Shown: positions 39,869 to 51,212 of the stretch, piece by piece
Position numbering within the stretch: position 1 is the stretch's first letter
Layout: each line of letters starts with the position of its first letter
Assembly (NCBI GenBank): GCA_030264375.1
Contig: JASCQW010000109.1
Coordinates: 15,133,700-15,197,699 of the forward strand
Source of the DNA: Carcharhinus longimanus
Lineage: Eukaryota
Direction: 5' to 3'
Length of the DNA stretch: 64,000 bases
The notes under the pieces: model-generated
What the model saw: only the letters and a program-made list of their open reading frames with translations
Database searches by the model: none
Told to the model about the DNA's origin: nothing
Program-made: the position numbers and the translations under genes

Positions 39869-39934
39869 TGGCCAGTATAGCGATTGAACGTTGGCATTAT
39901 AAGCACCACGCTCTAACCAACTGAACTAACCGCC
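39869..39934 (-). pseudogene. tRNA-Ile-like pseudogene or SINE head
   Basis: Minus strand GGCGGTTAGTTCAGTTGGTTAGAGCGTGGTGCTTATAATGCCAACG-TTCAATCGCTATACTGGCCA versus vertebrate tRNA-Ile GGCCGGTTAGCTCAGTTGGTTAGAGCGTGGTGCTAATAACGCCAAGGTCGCGGGTTCGATCCCCGTACGGGCCA. A ~7-nt deletion destroys the T-arm. Confidence 0.7.
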
Positions 39935-41839
39935 ACTACAAATCCATCATGTCGATTTGAGATTGGAGTCACATATAGTCCAGATCAACAATGGATACCC
40001 TGATTTCCTCTCCTCAGGAACATGGTATTGAAGTATTCATATTTTTACAACAATCCAACAGTTTTATGATCATTTTTATGTACACCAGATTTCTCTTTGG
40101 ATTTCCAGCTTCTCTATAAAAACTGAAAATCAAACTTTCAGTCTACTGCAGTAGGATTTGAGCTTTCGTGCTCTGGTTTATTAATCCAGAACTTTCAATT
40201 TACTAGTCTAATAATTTATCCTTATTGGTGGAAAAAAAAGTCAAGCAACATGGATATTAATCTAACCTCTTCTGTGTTGCTCCCAGTAGTTGAAATCATT
40301 GTTGTGCCATTGAGCGAACATGCATATTGGACTGTGTCAGTATCATGTTTCTGATCAGTTTTGTACCGTCATCCAGTCATGAGCTGACGAAAGTGAGAAT
40401 TTTTGCAATCCTTCTGGTGAATTTTTCTGGCTGCTTTTGACCTGCTCATTTTTGATTGAATGTGGAGCTTTATTTCTCACCATTTAAATTGTCAGTGTCA
40501 ACTTTTAAACTTAAAAGTGCTGGCAGTGGTAACAGTGAAAGCAAAAGATAGCAATGTGATAGGTGTCAGCGCAGCCGAATTACAATTGGAAGAGATCCTG
40601 TTCCCCAACCGTTATTGATGAAAACGCTTAGTTCTCAATCACATGAAACATGACTGGTGATAATGATTAGCTAATCTTGTGTCAACAATTGAGTCAGTAG
40701 TTCTGTTGATTGCTAACCACTGGATGGTTCCTGTCAATGGTGAAGGATGTCATTTTACATCTACATGCCATTCCATTGAATCAGTGCATTGTAAAATCAA
40801 ATGGTATCTGTTACTGCTGTAAATATTATTTGCTGATTATATGAATTTCTATTCAAGTCAATACTTTGCAGAGCAAGGTGATGCTTAATTCATGAGATGT
40901 ACCCATGATAGGATTTATGAATCTGGAAGGAGACAGTTCACAGAGACTTGCCAGATGACTTTACGACAATGACTAGAGCATTGCAGTGTACAACTTCAGA
41001 CAACATCATTCTACCTTAACGCTAGTTGTTTAATTAACCATGATTCCATTGAGTCCTTCAATCCAAATCACGTTTGCTGAATATTGTAAGCACAGTCAAG
41101 AATTCTACCTTACTGTATTGGGTAAGACAGTGAACTTGTGGAGAAGGGATAGCAAAATACATCATTATTTAGCCTTTCTTAAACAAGTTTTCAGCATAAC
41201 ATTTAACGTAAGTTGCTACTGCAGAACAGCAGAAATAGAATAGATTGTGTTTGATAAGGGCAGTATGCATGAGTTGTGGTGTTTACATCTCTCTGCCATA
41301 TGTAATGTAATTTTCAAACCCTAAATTCAAACTAATCAATCCTACTTATTTCTGTTTATCTATCAAGTGTTCTTATGCAGCATCCTCAATCCCTTCTTGT
41401 TACAATACATGGAAACATAAATGGAAGAGTGACTACATAAAATGATTCTTATTTTAAAATATTACAAATGTGATGCTCTACCAAAGGCAAAGTGAGACAA
41501 CAGAAGTCACATGACAACAATGTTGACATCTGTTGGCATCTGGGTGGGGTTCAAAACCTGGCGAACAATAATTTTTACATAACCTGCCCATGGGGTAGAA
41601 TGGTGGTTTTGCATCCTGTCCATTGTTACTCTTTCTATTAGTTTCCTGATGGGTGCATTCAGTTCAAATTGTCTCCTCAGAGTCACTCACGCCTGATTTG
41701 GTTGAGTTAATCAACTTATCTCTGAAATCTGACTATCAGGTCCAGCAGTGAGAGTGCATTGATTGCTCTCATGCAAAGGCTGCTTAACTACACAGCCTTG
41801 AAAAGTCCGAAGAATGAGGGTGTCCTCTGTGGAATTGCT

Positions 41840-42185
41840 TATAGAATCATAGAACCCTACAGTGCAGAAAGAGGCCCTTCGGCCCATTGAGTCTGCCCCG
41901 ACCACAATCCCACCCAGGCTCTACCCACATATCCCTACATATTTTACTCGCTAATCCCGCTAACCTATGCATCTCAGTACACTAAGGGGCAATTTTAGCA
42001 ATGCCAATCAACCTAACCTGCACATCTTTGGACTGTGGGAGGAAACTGGAGTGCCCAGAGGAAACCCATGCAGACACGAGGAGAATGTGCAAACTCCACC
42101 CAGACAGTGACCCGAGCTGAGAATTGAACCCAGGTCCCTGGAGTTGTGAAGCAGCAGTGCTAACCACTGTGCTACCATGCCAGCC
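41840..42185 (-). mobile_element. HE1/V-SINE, near full length
   Basis: Close reverse complement of 23069-23420. Confidence 0.9.
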
Positions 42186-42586
42186 CAAAAGTTCAAAAGT
42201 TGATATCTCCCAGGATTTAGCTATGTCTCGTTAAGATGAACGTTGTTGTCAGAGCAACTAACTGATGAATCTTGGAGGAGTTCAGCATGCCAGTTTAATA
42301 TCCAGAGCTAGATCTCATTGCTCAATCTGGGAACAAATGTTAACACTTTGAAACACCAAGTTTCAAGGATGTAGGCTTATCTTTCAATTTAACTCCTAGT
42401 GGTATACAGTTCATACTTTAAAGAGCTCCCTGGCAAGGTAGGATGGTGAAAGCTGGTACCACTCTCCATGTTCAATATCATGTCTGGCACCATCACTGAN
42501 NNNNNNNNNNNNNNNNNNNNNNNNNNNNNNNNNNNNNNNNNNNNNNNNNNNNNNNNNNNNNNNNNNNNNNNNNNNNNNNNNNNNNN

Positions 42587-42630
<44 letters not shown>

Positions 42631-42881
42631 GCATGGGTCAGCTGCCATGAGACAACAGAGGCTCAATACTGTTCATCCTGCTGGAGTATAAAGGAGACTA
42701 TGTGGAGATATAGCTGTAGTATCAGAGGGGGTGGTATGAGGGAGAGCAGAAATTCACGCAGGGTAATGGGAAGCACTGAAGTGAAGTCACAGATGCATGG
42801 AGTGATGAGGGTCAGGGCTCAGTGACAAATCCCCAGTACTCACTATAGTCTCACTCTTTCAGTGCATGATTCATTAGAATC

Positions 42882-43965
42882 ATGGAACCTGTTGAGTTAG
42901 CCTTTCTATTGATCATGACTGACCAGCAGGAGAGACAACCATGTGTTGTGTGTGGCCAGGACCAGCAGCCTGCAGCTGCTTAGTGAGCAGGACCACACAT
43001 TGAGAAGCAATGTCAGAGACAGTGACGACCAAAAGTCTTGTGACATTGATGTTCCTACTTTCAGGTGTCCGAGTTGCAGTGCTGGAGAAGACTGGATCTG
43101 TCCTAGGGGACAGTGGATCACCTCTGTCACATATTGCATGAACTGGCACCCAATAGAACCAGAGGGCATCCAATGCTTGTAGCCCTTAAACTTATAGCTG
43201 CTCTGAGCTCTTATGCTGGTGGGTCATTCCAGCGCAGCACAGGGGACACCTGTGGTATTTCCCAATCTGCCATTCACAAATGCATTAGGGAGGTAACAGC
43301 TGCCCTTTACGCCCTTAATGAAATGTTTACCAACTTTGCCTGGGACCAAGTGAGCCAGGAGGTCAGAACCGTTGACCTCACCCATGTAGCAGAGATGCCC
43401 CAGTGCAAGGTCTAATATACTGCACTCATGTCCCTCTTATGTCACCATAGTGGCATGTAGCACCATTCAGAAATGGCAAGGTTCCCTCAATGCCCAACTT
43501 GCCTGCAACCATACAATGTGATTCATGAAGGGATGTGCCCATTTTCCGGAGAGTGCCCATGGTAATTACATCTTGGGAAGCCCGCAAATCCCAGCTGTCT
43601 TTGAGGGAGAGTGACGGCTGGAGGGATGACTTCTCAGGGACTCGGGAGGTGGCTGACGATGCCAGGGTAGAAGCCACAACCACTAGTGGAGGTTCAATAC
43701 AATGATGGTCAAGCTTCAACACACGTGCTGGTGGACAAGGCAATTGGACTGTGGAAGATGCGGTTCTGGTGCCTGGACCAGTTGGGGAGTGTTGTGCAGC
43801 AACTTAGACCCTAGAGGGTCTCCTGCATTACTGTGGACTGCTGTACTCTCCACAGCCTAGAGCTCCAGAGGGAAGACAATCCAGAGGAGATAGGCAAGCG
43901 CCAAACTCCTCAGATAAGGAGAATGTCGAGGAGGACAGTGGGTCTGACGATGCGACGGAGGAGGA
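42882..43965 (+). pseudogene. Decayed PIF/Harbinger DDE transposase (HARBI1-like)
   Basis: Across frameshifts and stops it reads MEPVELAF..RPKV..SELQCWRRL..VDHLCHIL..GHPMLVALKLIAALSSYAGGSFQRSTGDTCGISQSAIHKCIREVTAAL..CTHVPL..FPESAHGNYIL..KAIGLWKMRFWCLD..CCTLHS, followed by an acidic tail. These are the conserved Harbinger motifs (GSFQ, DCTH, FPGSxHD, KxRFxCL, CCxLHN). Confidence 0.85.
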
Positions 43966-44075
43966 TGGGGGTTGCAGATACAGGGGAGGTGCTGCGGAGG
44001 GGGTTGGGGGCTGGGTAGAGATGCTCTGTCAGAGAGTCGGTGTGGATTTGATGGGCCGAATGATCTCCTCCTAAA
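43966..44075 (+). mobile_element. HE1 SINE 3' fragment at the transposase/ATP1B2 junction
   Basis: ggggctgggtagagatgctctgtcagagagtcggtgtggatttgatgggccgaatgatctcctcct resembles the HE1 tail. Confidence 0.65.
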
Positions 44076-44343
44076 TCGATTTGTTGGGGATGTATTGAAG
44101 AATGAATATTAATAAGGGGGGGGAGAAACAGGAAGGCCCTGGATTTGCATACATGAATATTAAGCAGCAGGAAGAGGATTATATAGAGTTGGGGAGATTG
44201 AGGTCGGGGCATTATTAGTGTAACTGGTTGGGCTGTTGCTGCCGGCTGTGTGCCTTGGCAGTGAGAGAAAGCTCGGAGTGTGACAGATTCTCTCTCTCTC
44301 TTTCTCTCCCTCTGTGTTTTGGCCACGTTCAGTCATAGTGAAA
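44076..44343 (+). promoter_or_regulatory. Putative core promoter and 5'UTR of the ATP1B2-like exon
   Basis: TATA-like TTATATAG (~44179), GC-box-like GGTCGGGGC and a CT-rich UTR tract lie directly upstream of a Kozak-compatible AAAATGG. Confidence 0.4.
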
Positions 44344-44452
44344 ATGGCCCCAAAGGATAAGAAGTCTTGTGGACAGGTCATGGATGAGTGGCGGGAATTT
44401 CTGTACAACCCGCGGACCCAGGAGTTCCTGGGCAGGACGGGGTCCAGTTGGG
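44344..44452 (+). CDS. ATP1B2: Na+/K+-ATPase beta subunit (beta-2-like) coding exon 1, isolated fragment
   Basis: ATG at 44344 gives MAPKDKKSCGQVMDEWREFLYNPRTQEFLGRTGSSW+G, then a canonical donor G|GTAAGT at 44452/44453. Human ATP1B2 exon 1 reads MVIQKEKKSCGQVVEEWKEFVWNPRTHQFMGRTGTSW with the same phase-1 intron after the Trp. It is too short for the ORF track. No downstream beta-subunit exons were found in the window. Confidence 0.85.
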
Positions 44453-44636
44453 GTAAGTGACTGGGGTGGGCGTTGGGGGAGATAGCAGGGGAAAGGGGGG
44501 TATGGTTGCGGTGTGGGGAGGAGCAGTGGGGGGGGANNNNNNNNNNNNNNNNNNNNNNNNNNNNNNNNNNNNNNNNNNNNNNNNNNNNNNNNNNNNNNNN
44601 NNNNNNNNNNNNNNNNNNNNNNNNNNNNNNNNNNNN

Positions 44637-44710
<74 letters not shown>

Positions 44711-46549
44711 GGGCCTGCAACAGGTCTCCTTTACTCTGTCCTCAGTGTGGGAGAGACATTATACAGCCATTCCCACACTCCACAGGAATGAAGCACTGAG
44801 TATATGCGTCGGTCCGCCCAGCTTGGCAACATGAATTAACAGGGTGGAGATTCTGTGAGTGAACAACGTGATTTATTTTTTATAACTATATACAGTGGGT
44901 GACCTCTCTACACTAGTGCCTACTTTCACTCAAGCCAACTAAGTACCTATCACTTCTTCATCTTCCTCACCCTCCCGCGATGGTTAGGTGCTTCCCCATG
45001 TTCTGCAACTGAGGCTGAGAAGGCCTGCTGACTTCCACGCCATGTTGTCTGAGATTACTTTGGTAGGTGTCCCTTGCAGTTCCAGGATTTGCAAAGTCCT
45101 GTCCTGCTTTTGGACAGCTTAGGTATTGCAGTACTGCCCTAATCGGTGTATGGAGCCTGTGATGTATCGCTTACAGGAAGGCGGGACTCAGATAGGCTGG
45201 ACACTCCCAGGGTCTCCTGAGTGGGAGGCCCCAGGCTGTGACCTGGATGATCCCCATCCCTTTGGGTGCCCATTGGCCTCAGTGCTCCTCCGTGGAATGG
45301 AGGGGCGGCTGGACTGATGTCCTGAAGACCCACCAGCCTCAGGTGTTTACGTACGTGAATTCCCACCAGTGCAGGGACCATGAAGTTGAACGCCTGCACC
45401 ATGGAGTTCCCTAAGGCATTAGGGACATGAGCTGAACCGTGGCGCAGATGTCCCCTGCCATGGGGTACAAAGTTCTTCACTGTGGATGCCAACTTGCAGG
45501 TTTCAGTGTGCTGAAGTGATGGTACCATCTCCTCGGACATAAGATGTTGGGACTCCTCCAGTCTTCCTTGCAGCCTGAAGAGGGATGCTGTCATCACCAT
45601 CTGATGTTCGCGACTTTGCCATTGTAGTTCCATCAGCTCTCAGAGCAGACTCAGGGGCACATCATCAGTCAGGGCCTAAAAGAGCCCTGGCGTTTCACAT
45701 GTCTCTGAGTGCCGGGTCTCTGCCTCCACCTGCTGTGGATCTTCAGCTGAGAGGTGTTCACCAGTGAGTGACCCAGAATCCTGTCTACTTAGCGAACCTA
45801 CCAAGATGTGGCTATCTGCATTGGTGCTGGGTGTGGGTGATAGCAGTGACACCTTTTCAACAGTGGAATCTGAGAAGTCTCCCTTGGAGTTGCTTGAGTT
45901 CAGTAGGTCCAGGGGTGTGAGGATCATCTGGCCTGTTCGACTGCTTTGCCTGCCAGAGAAGGAAGATGGCATTAGTGCACTACAGGGGATAAAGAGGGAA
46001 CATTGATTCCTCACTTGAGGAGTGACAGTGTGACTTGAGAATTTTCTCATTTGTCTGCTGCCTCCATCAGCTCCAGATTGTTTACATCTTCCTTAGTGGA
46101 CAGACAGGCCTCTGTGTAATTTTATGCTCTAAAGAAGGGGGGAAGACAGCGGTAATGTCATTGGACTAATAATCCAAAGGTTCAGGTTAATACTCTGAGG
46201 ATGGGGTTCAAATCCCATCACAACAGCTAGCAGAGTTTAATTTTAAGTGATAAAAAATCTGGAATTGAAAGCTAATTTTAGCATTGGTGACTATGAAACT
46301 ATCACTGATTGTCATAACACCTCATCTGGCTTACTAATGTCAATTAGGGAAGGAAATCTGCCATCCTTGCCCGGTCTGGCTTACATGTGACTTCAGATCC
46401 AAAATAATGTGGTTGACTCTCAACTCCTCTCTGAAATGACTAACTGGATAGCTATATCAAAGAACCTGCACAAGCATTATGGACCCAAATGGCCTCCTCC
46501 TGTGCTGTATTTATTTTAGGTGATGGTTGATCTTCTATCTCATCTGCTC

Positions 46550-46920
46550 TTTCCGTCTCTATCTCCACATCCCCTGATTGTCAGAGTCTTGAATGTATTG
46601 AACAACTAAGCATCACAATTTGGATAGAGAAGTCAAATTATGTGCAACCCTACAATGAAGAAATCTTTCCTCACCCCAATCAGAAAACCCTTTAAAGCTT
46701 TTGCTCTGTAGTTCTAGACCCTCCATCCAGGGGAAAGAAGAGGCCTCAGCATAGACCTCATCAGAGTGTCTAAGAGTGTTATACTTTTCAATGAGGTCAC
46801 CTCTTCCCTCATCTCTGGAATCAATCTAGTGAACCTTTGTTTCACCCCCACTATGGCAAATGTATCCTTCCTCCAGTAAAAAAAGCCAAAGCTGTGTCCA
46901 GAACTCCAAGTTTGATAAAC
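46550..46920 (-). mobile_element. CR1 LINE fragment
   Basis: Minus strand WSSGHSFGFFYWRKDTFAIVGVKQRFTRLIPEMR. Confidence 0.7.
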
Positions 46921-47399
46921 TGGAGCCAATGTTCCAGCCACTATGATTAATAAAATTAAGTGGTTGAATTGAATGTACTGGTGTTCAGTCTGATTTTGTT
47001 CAAAACTGATTGTTCAGCAGGATCTCTGCACTGCCAGTAATAGCAAGATGAATCAGTGGAAGTTACTGTGAATCATCTTCAGCATTTACAAAGTTGAATT
47101 TTGATAAATGTCAAACTAATTTAACATGAAATTATCTGAAACCTTTAAATAGAAACTCTATGTTGGAATTTTAATGCTGAGACCAGTAAACATTTCCTTA
47201 AATGCAGCCATCCTATCTATGGTAATAAAGATAAAAAAAAAGTGACATGCACTAAATAATGTCATTAATGAACTTCTGCATAGTCAAATCACAGATGACT
47301 AAACCAACCTGGTGACGCGGAGTGTATTTTTGCTTTTAAACCCACTATAGGCATCGCATTGCATTTTGTGTGGGTGTATTATCCTCCAGGTAATTCAGG

Positions 47400-47612
47400 G
47401 GGTTGGTTTAGTTCAGTTTCTGGACAGCTGGTTTGTAATGAAGGGTGCTGTCAACATTGTGGGCTCCATTCCCACATTGGCTGAGGTGATTTGTGAAGTT
47501 CTGCCTTATCCCTTGCCTAAGGTGTAATGATCCTCAGGTTGAATTACCACCAGCTAGCTCTCCCTCTCAAAGTGAAGAGTAGCCGCTGAGATTATAGTGA
47601 CTTTATCTTTTA
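47400..47612 (+). mobile_element. tRNA-derived (Ile-like head) SINE, older copy
   Basis: Aligns by eye to 60431-60640. Confidence 0.65.
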
Positions 47613-48233
47613 TTTCACCTAATCATTCATGGGACATGAGCATTGCTGGGAAAGTGAACATTTATTGCCCTAGCGTGGCTGCCTGTGAGAAGCAATTTTA
47701 GAGGGTAGTTTGTTCATGTCACCTCTTCATGACTTTCACATTTTGGGAAACAATGGGGGAAGCATTGGCTGATCATCGACCCATCAAACCACATCATGAA
47801 TGCAACTTCCACGGCCAATTAGTCCCATTTGAATCCCGAGCTTCTAGCTCAGAGGCAGGGGTGCTACCTACTGAGCTACAAGACCTCACAGAGGGCAGGT
47901 AAGAGTCACCCACATTGCTATGGGCCTTGAGCTAAATATAGTTCCGATCAGATAAGCCATAAATTAAGATTCTATCATGATCTACATAAATTGGGAATTA
48001 TTTTATTCTAATTGAAGAACGTCTTTGTTTGTGGGGAATATTGTGCCGAATATTGCTGCTGAGAGTGTTAGCTCTTTCAACTATTGAAGAAACTAGCTCA
48101 CCCTCAATCAACATGTGGGGGCACATTTTGGCTGAGTGCCAAATTTTCTGTTCACGCTGACAAGCGGGGCATGAACAGCTGCAGACTTCTGGCCTGCATC
48201 TCCCTCAAGGCTCTGATTATCCTTATTATACTA

Positions 48234-48361
48234 TGGCAGAAATTCTCCAACTTTCACCTGTGGCTGGGATTCTCTGGTCCTGCTGCAGTGAATGGAGATT
48301 TGGCTGAGCCATTCTCACTGGCAGTGGTGGGCGGGGTGAAAGAATTTGGAGAATTCCAGCT
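48234..48361. mobile_element. Short MITE (second family); inverted relative at 58968-59072
   Basis: TIRs GGCAGAATTCTCCAA and TTGGAGAATTCCAGC; the core GCTGCAGTGAATGGAGA is shared with the 59-kb copy. Confidence 0.65.
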
Positions 48362-48539
48362 TACATCTCCCCAAAAGCCTTGGTTTTTCCCTTTATACTA
48401 CATCTCCCCCAAGCCTCTGGCTTCAATTTCTTTTTATAGAAACAAACACTGTGGCACTTTTACTAATCTACACAAAAGGATCCTTCATCTCAACGGAGGA
48501 TATTGGGGATTTGAGCCCTACAAGTGATCTCTCAGACTC

Positions 48540-50235
48540 TGCTGGACAGAAGGAGAATAAATGGATGAAGTAGCTTCACCAGTCTGGTTGTCTTCTGGAA
48601 CTCTCAATGAATGCAGCATCTCTGGTCTGTTTGTTGGACAGATGACTGTTTCAATTGTGTAGGAGGTCTCTTCTGTGTGGCAACTATGTCTGCTCCATCT
48701 CAGTATACCATTTTCTATTTGGATGAGATGGGACAGTGGATGTGGTGTCCATTCAACTACTTGTCCATAATTAACTTGGTTGCGGATCCAAACTGGATCT
48801 CCTGGTTGAAGGTTTGGCAGATTGTATGTTCTGAGATATTTGTTATGGTCTGGCTGGAATGATATTCATCCTCTTTCTCCCTCACTCTGTCTGAATCATC
48901 AGCTTGTACACACTGCATGAATGAGAGCCTGGGATAATAGGTAGGTGAGTTCTTAGTCACCTTCCCATGAAGAGTTCAAATGGTGCTGGACCATTTTGGA
49001 GTGCAGTTGAACAATAGTTCAGAAATGCAAATTGGGCGTTATTTTTCTCCTTCAGCGATGTTTTCGCTGTGTGTACTCTCAGCTTCACTGTTGGCGTGAG
49101 GGTATCTTGGTGAGCTGGTAGTATGGACAAATCCATACTTGTGAACTCTTTAATGTATTCACTGGCCAATTGTAGTCTGTTGACTGAGATTACAAGAGCT
49201 GGTATTCCTTTTGTTACAACCATCTCCTTCACTGACATTATCACTGCTACAAAAGTGTGACCCTGCAGTTGTAAACTTCTATCTATCTGGAGGAGTACTC
49301 TGCTATGATCAAGAACATTTTACCTCTGTGGAGAGGTTTATTCCGGGACAGTTCTGTGATTTTAATGGAAAGTTTGCTGATATTAATTGTTCTCTTCTCT
49401 CCTGATGATGAATGATACAAGTAATAGATATCACCTCTTCCAACAACTTTGGAAGACCTAGCCGCCAGGAGATTATTTTGCCCTAATGTGACATTTTATA
49501 TGTCCAAATGTCCTTGGCTAATCATTGTTGTGTGTGAAGCCTCAGAATTCTTGCAAAGACCACTCGTCATGGATAAGTAAATCATCTACTACATTGAGGT
49601 GTCTTCTCTATTCTTAGCACTGCCTAAGAAGGGAATTTGTGCCATGTACATTGGCCATCCTTTACACAATATTTTCAGATTTCTTTGCATCTCCAATTTC
49701 AGTTAGTCACTGAGTTGCTGCTAGTAGAATTCTGGTTGTCATCGATACGAAGATTTCTACCCTTTCAACAAAGGATATAACTTGTCCCAGTCTTGCCATT
49801 GAGATACAAGACAAAGCATCTGCTGTGATCCACTGCTTTCCCAAAACATACTCTGTCTTTGCAATAACCCTCATTGTTTTCAGTCTGAATTGTTATTCTT
49901 GGGCAGGCATTTTCACCAGCTTCTTAAAATTGAAGAGCATCATTAAAGATTTGTGGTCTGTCTCTATCTTGAATTAGAGATTGAGGACATAATCTCCAAA
50001 CTTTTCAAATGATTATATTGCTGCTAATGTTTCTTTCTCTCTCTCTGCATATCTCTGTCAATAAATGGGATGAGGAGCAAACTAGTCTACACTTTCCATC
50101 AATCCATCCATCTCTATCTGAAAGACTGTAGCTCCCAATCATGTAGAAGATAAATCTATCGCAATGATAATGGGTAGTTCTGGATCATGGTGAGCTAAAA
50201 TATAAGGTAATATCGGCATCTGTTTGATATTCTCA
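48540..50235 (-). mobile_element. Decayed Ty3/Gypsy pol fragment (RNase H and integrase)
   Basis: Minus-strand motifs LAHHDPELPIII..LGATVFQ and YAEREKETLAAI..FEKFGDYVL..FKIETDHKSL (RNase H), and KGIPALVISVN..FAFLNYCSTALQNGPAPFELFMGR (integrase, cf. LLNYRSTPxxNGxSPAELLMGR). Confidence 0.8.
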
Positions 50236-51109
50236 AATGTATCACTGTTCTTTCAGTGATGCTGAGTCAAATTCCTGGAATTACTTCCCTATCAGTACTG
50301 TGGGTGTACCTACTTCACATGGACTTCAAGCACTTCAAGAAGGCGGTTCATCATCACCTTCTCGAGGTTGCTTGTTGAGTACCAAATGCTGGCCTAGCCA
50401 ACAACACTCACATCTGTGAAAGAACAAAAAAAAACATCGTGTGAGACCACAATCTTATTTTTCAATTCAAATGTACAATGTGAAATATTTTCATGTGACA
50501 AGGCAGTGGTGTATATTTTAACGTAACCACTGGCAACATGATGTGGTGGTCAGTTAGCCTGGTGTAGATAGAAAACAGATCGGGATTGTGAGGAGTATTT
50601 GTGGTCCAGGGCGTAATGAAGTTTCTTTATTAAACTTTTTCTTTGATTTACTTTGTGAAGTTAGTTCTCTTATTGCTTGCTACTGGAGTATCCTTACTGC
50701 TGGATGAACATTGTATAGAATGATAATGTGTCAAAATAGTCCTCTGCATTTTTAAAAATTCATTCATGGGCTGTGTGTCGCTGGCTTAGCATTTATTGTC
50801 CAGGCCTAAATGTCCATGAGAAGGTGAAGGTGAGCTGAACCATTGCGGACTGTGTGGAATTGGACATCACACAGTCCTTATTGCCTTTCGAGTGGTTTGA
50901 TACAACTGAGTGACTCATTAGGCCGTTTCAGAGGGCGTTTAAGGCTCAACCACTTAAATCTGAAAATAAATTATTTAAATATTCCTAATTGTTTGTTATA
51001 TTTGGAGGGAAACTGATCAAATCCCAAAGCATGGTACTGCCAGTTACTGGCTTAATGCTCTTGCTCCAATCTCATCCCACTCTAGTTGGACAGCTGGCAG
51101 ATTATAGCC

Positions 51110-51212
51110 GTGATGTGGAGATGCCGGCACTGGACTGGGGTAAACACAGTAAGAAGTCTGACAACACCAGGTTTAAGTCCAACCGATTTATTTGATAGTG
51201 AACTCACAAGCT
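51110..51212. mobile_element. Young shark interspersed repeat (probably Penelope-derived), truncated by gap
   Basis: gatgtggagatgccggc..tggactggggtaaacacagtaagaagtct..caacaccagg is a repeat start I recall as abundant in shark assemblies. The family assignment is uncertain. Confidence 0.4.

Larger units (their letters stand above)
42650..46130. mobile_element. Degenerate Harbinger transposon: + strand transposase and convergent minus-strand accessory ORF remnant (~45139-46050)
   Basis: A two-ORF tail-to-tail layout is typical of Harbinger. Minus ORFs 45676-46050 and 45139-45633 are low-complexity/coiled segments like the C-terminal part of the Myb/SANT accessory protein, although the SANT domain itself is not seen. 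Termini were not identified. Confidence 0.6.

Noticed and set aside
39869-39934. Functional tRNA-Ile gene
   Set aside because: The T-arm/B-box is partly deleted and the acceptor stem is imperfect; kept only as a pseudogene or SINE head.
42587-44708. Poly-Gly/poly-Pro ORFs from poly-G (42587-42629) and poly-C (44637-44708)
   Set aside because: Homopolymers directly abut N gaps; likely sequencing or gap-fill artefacts, or low-complexity TE tracts.
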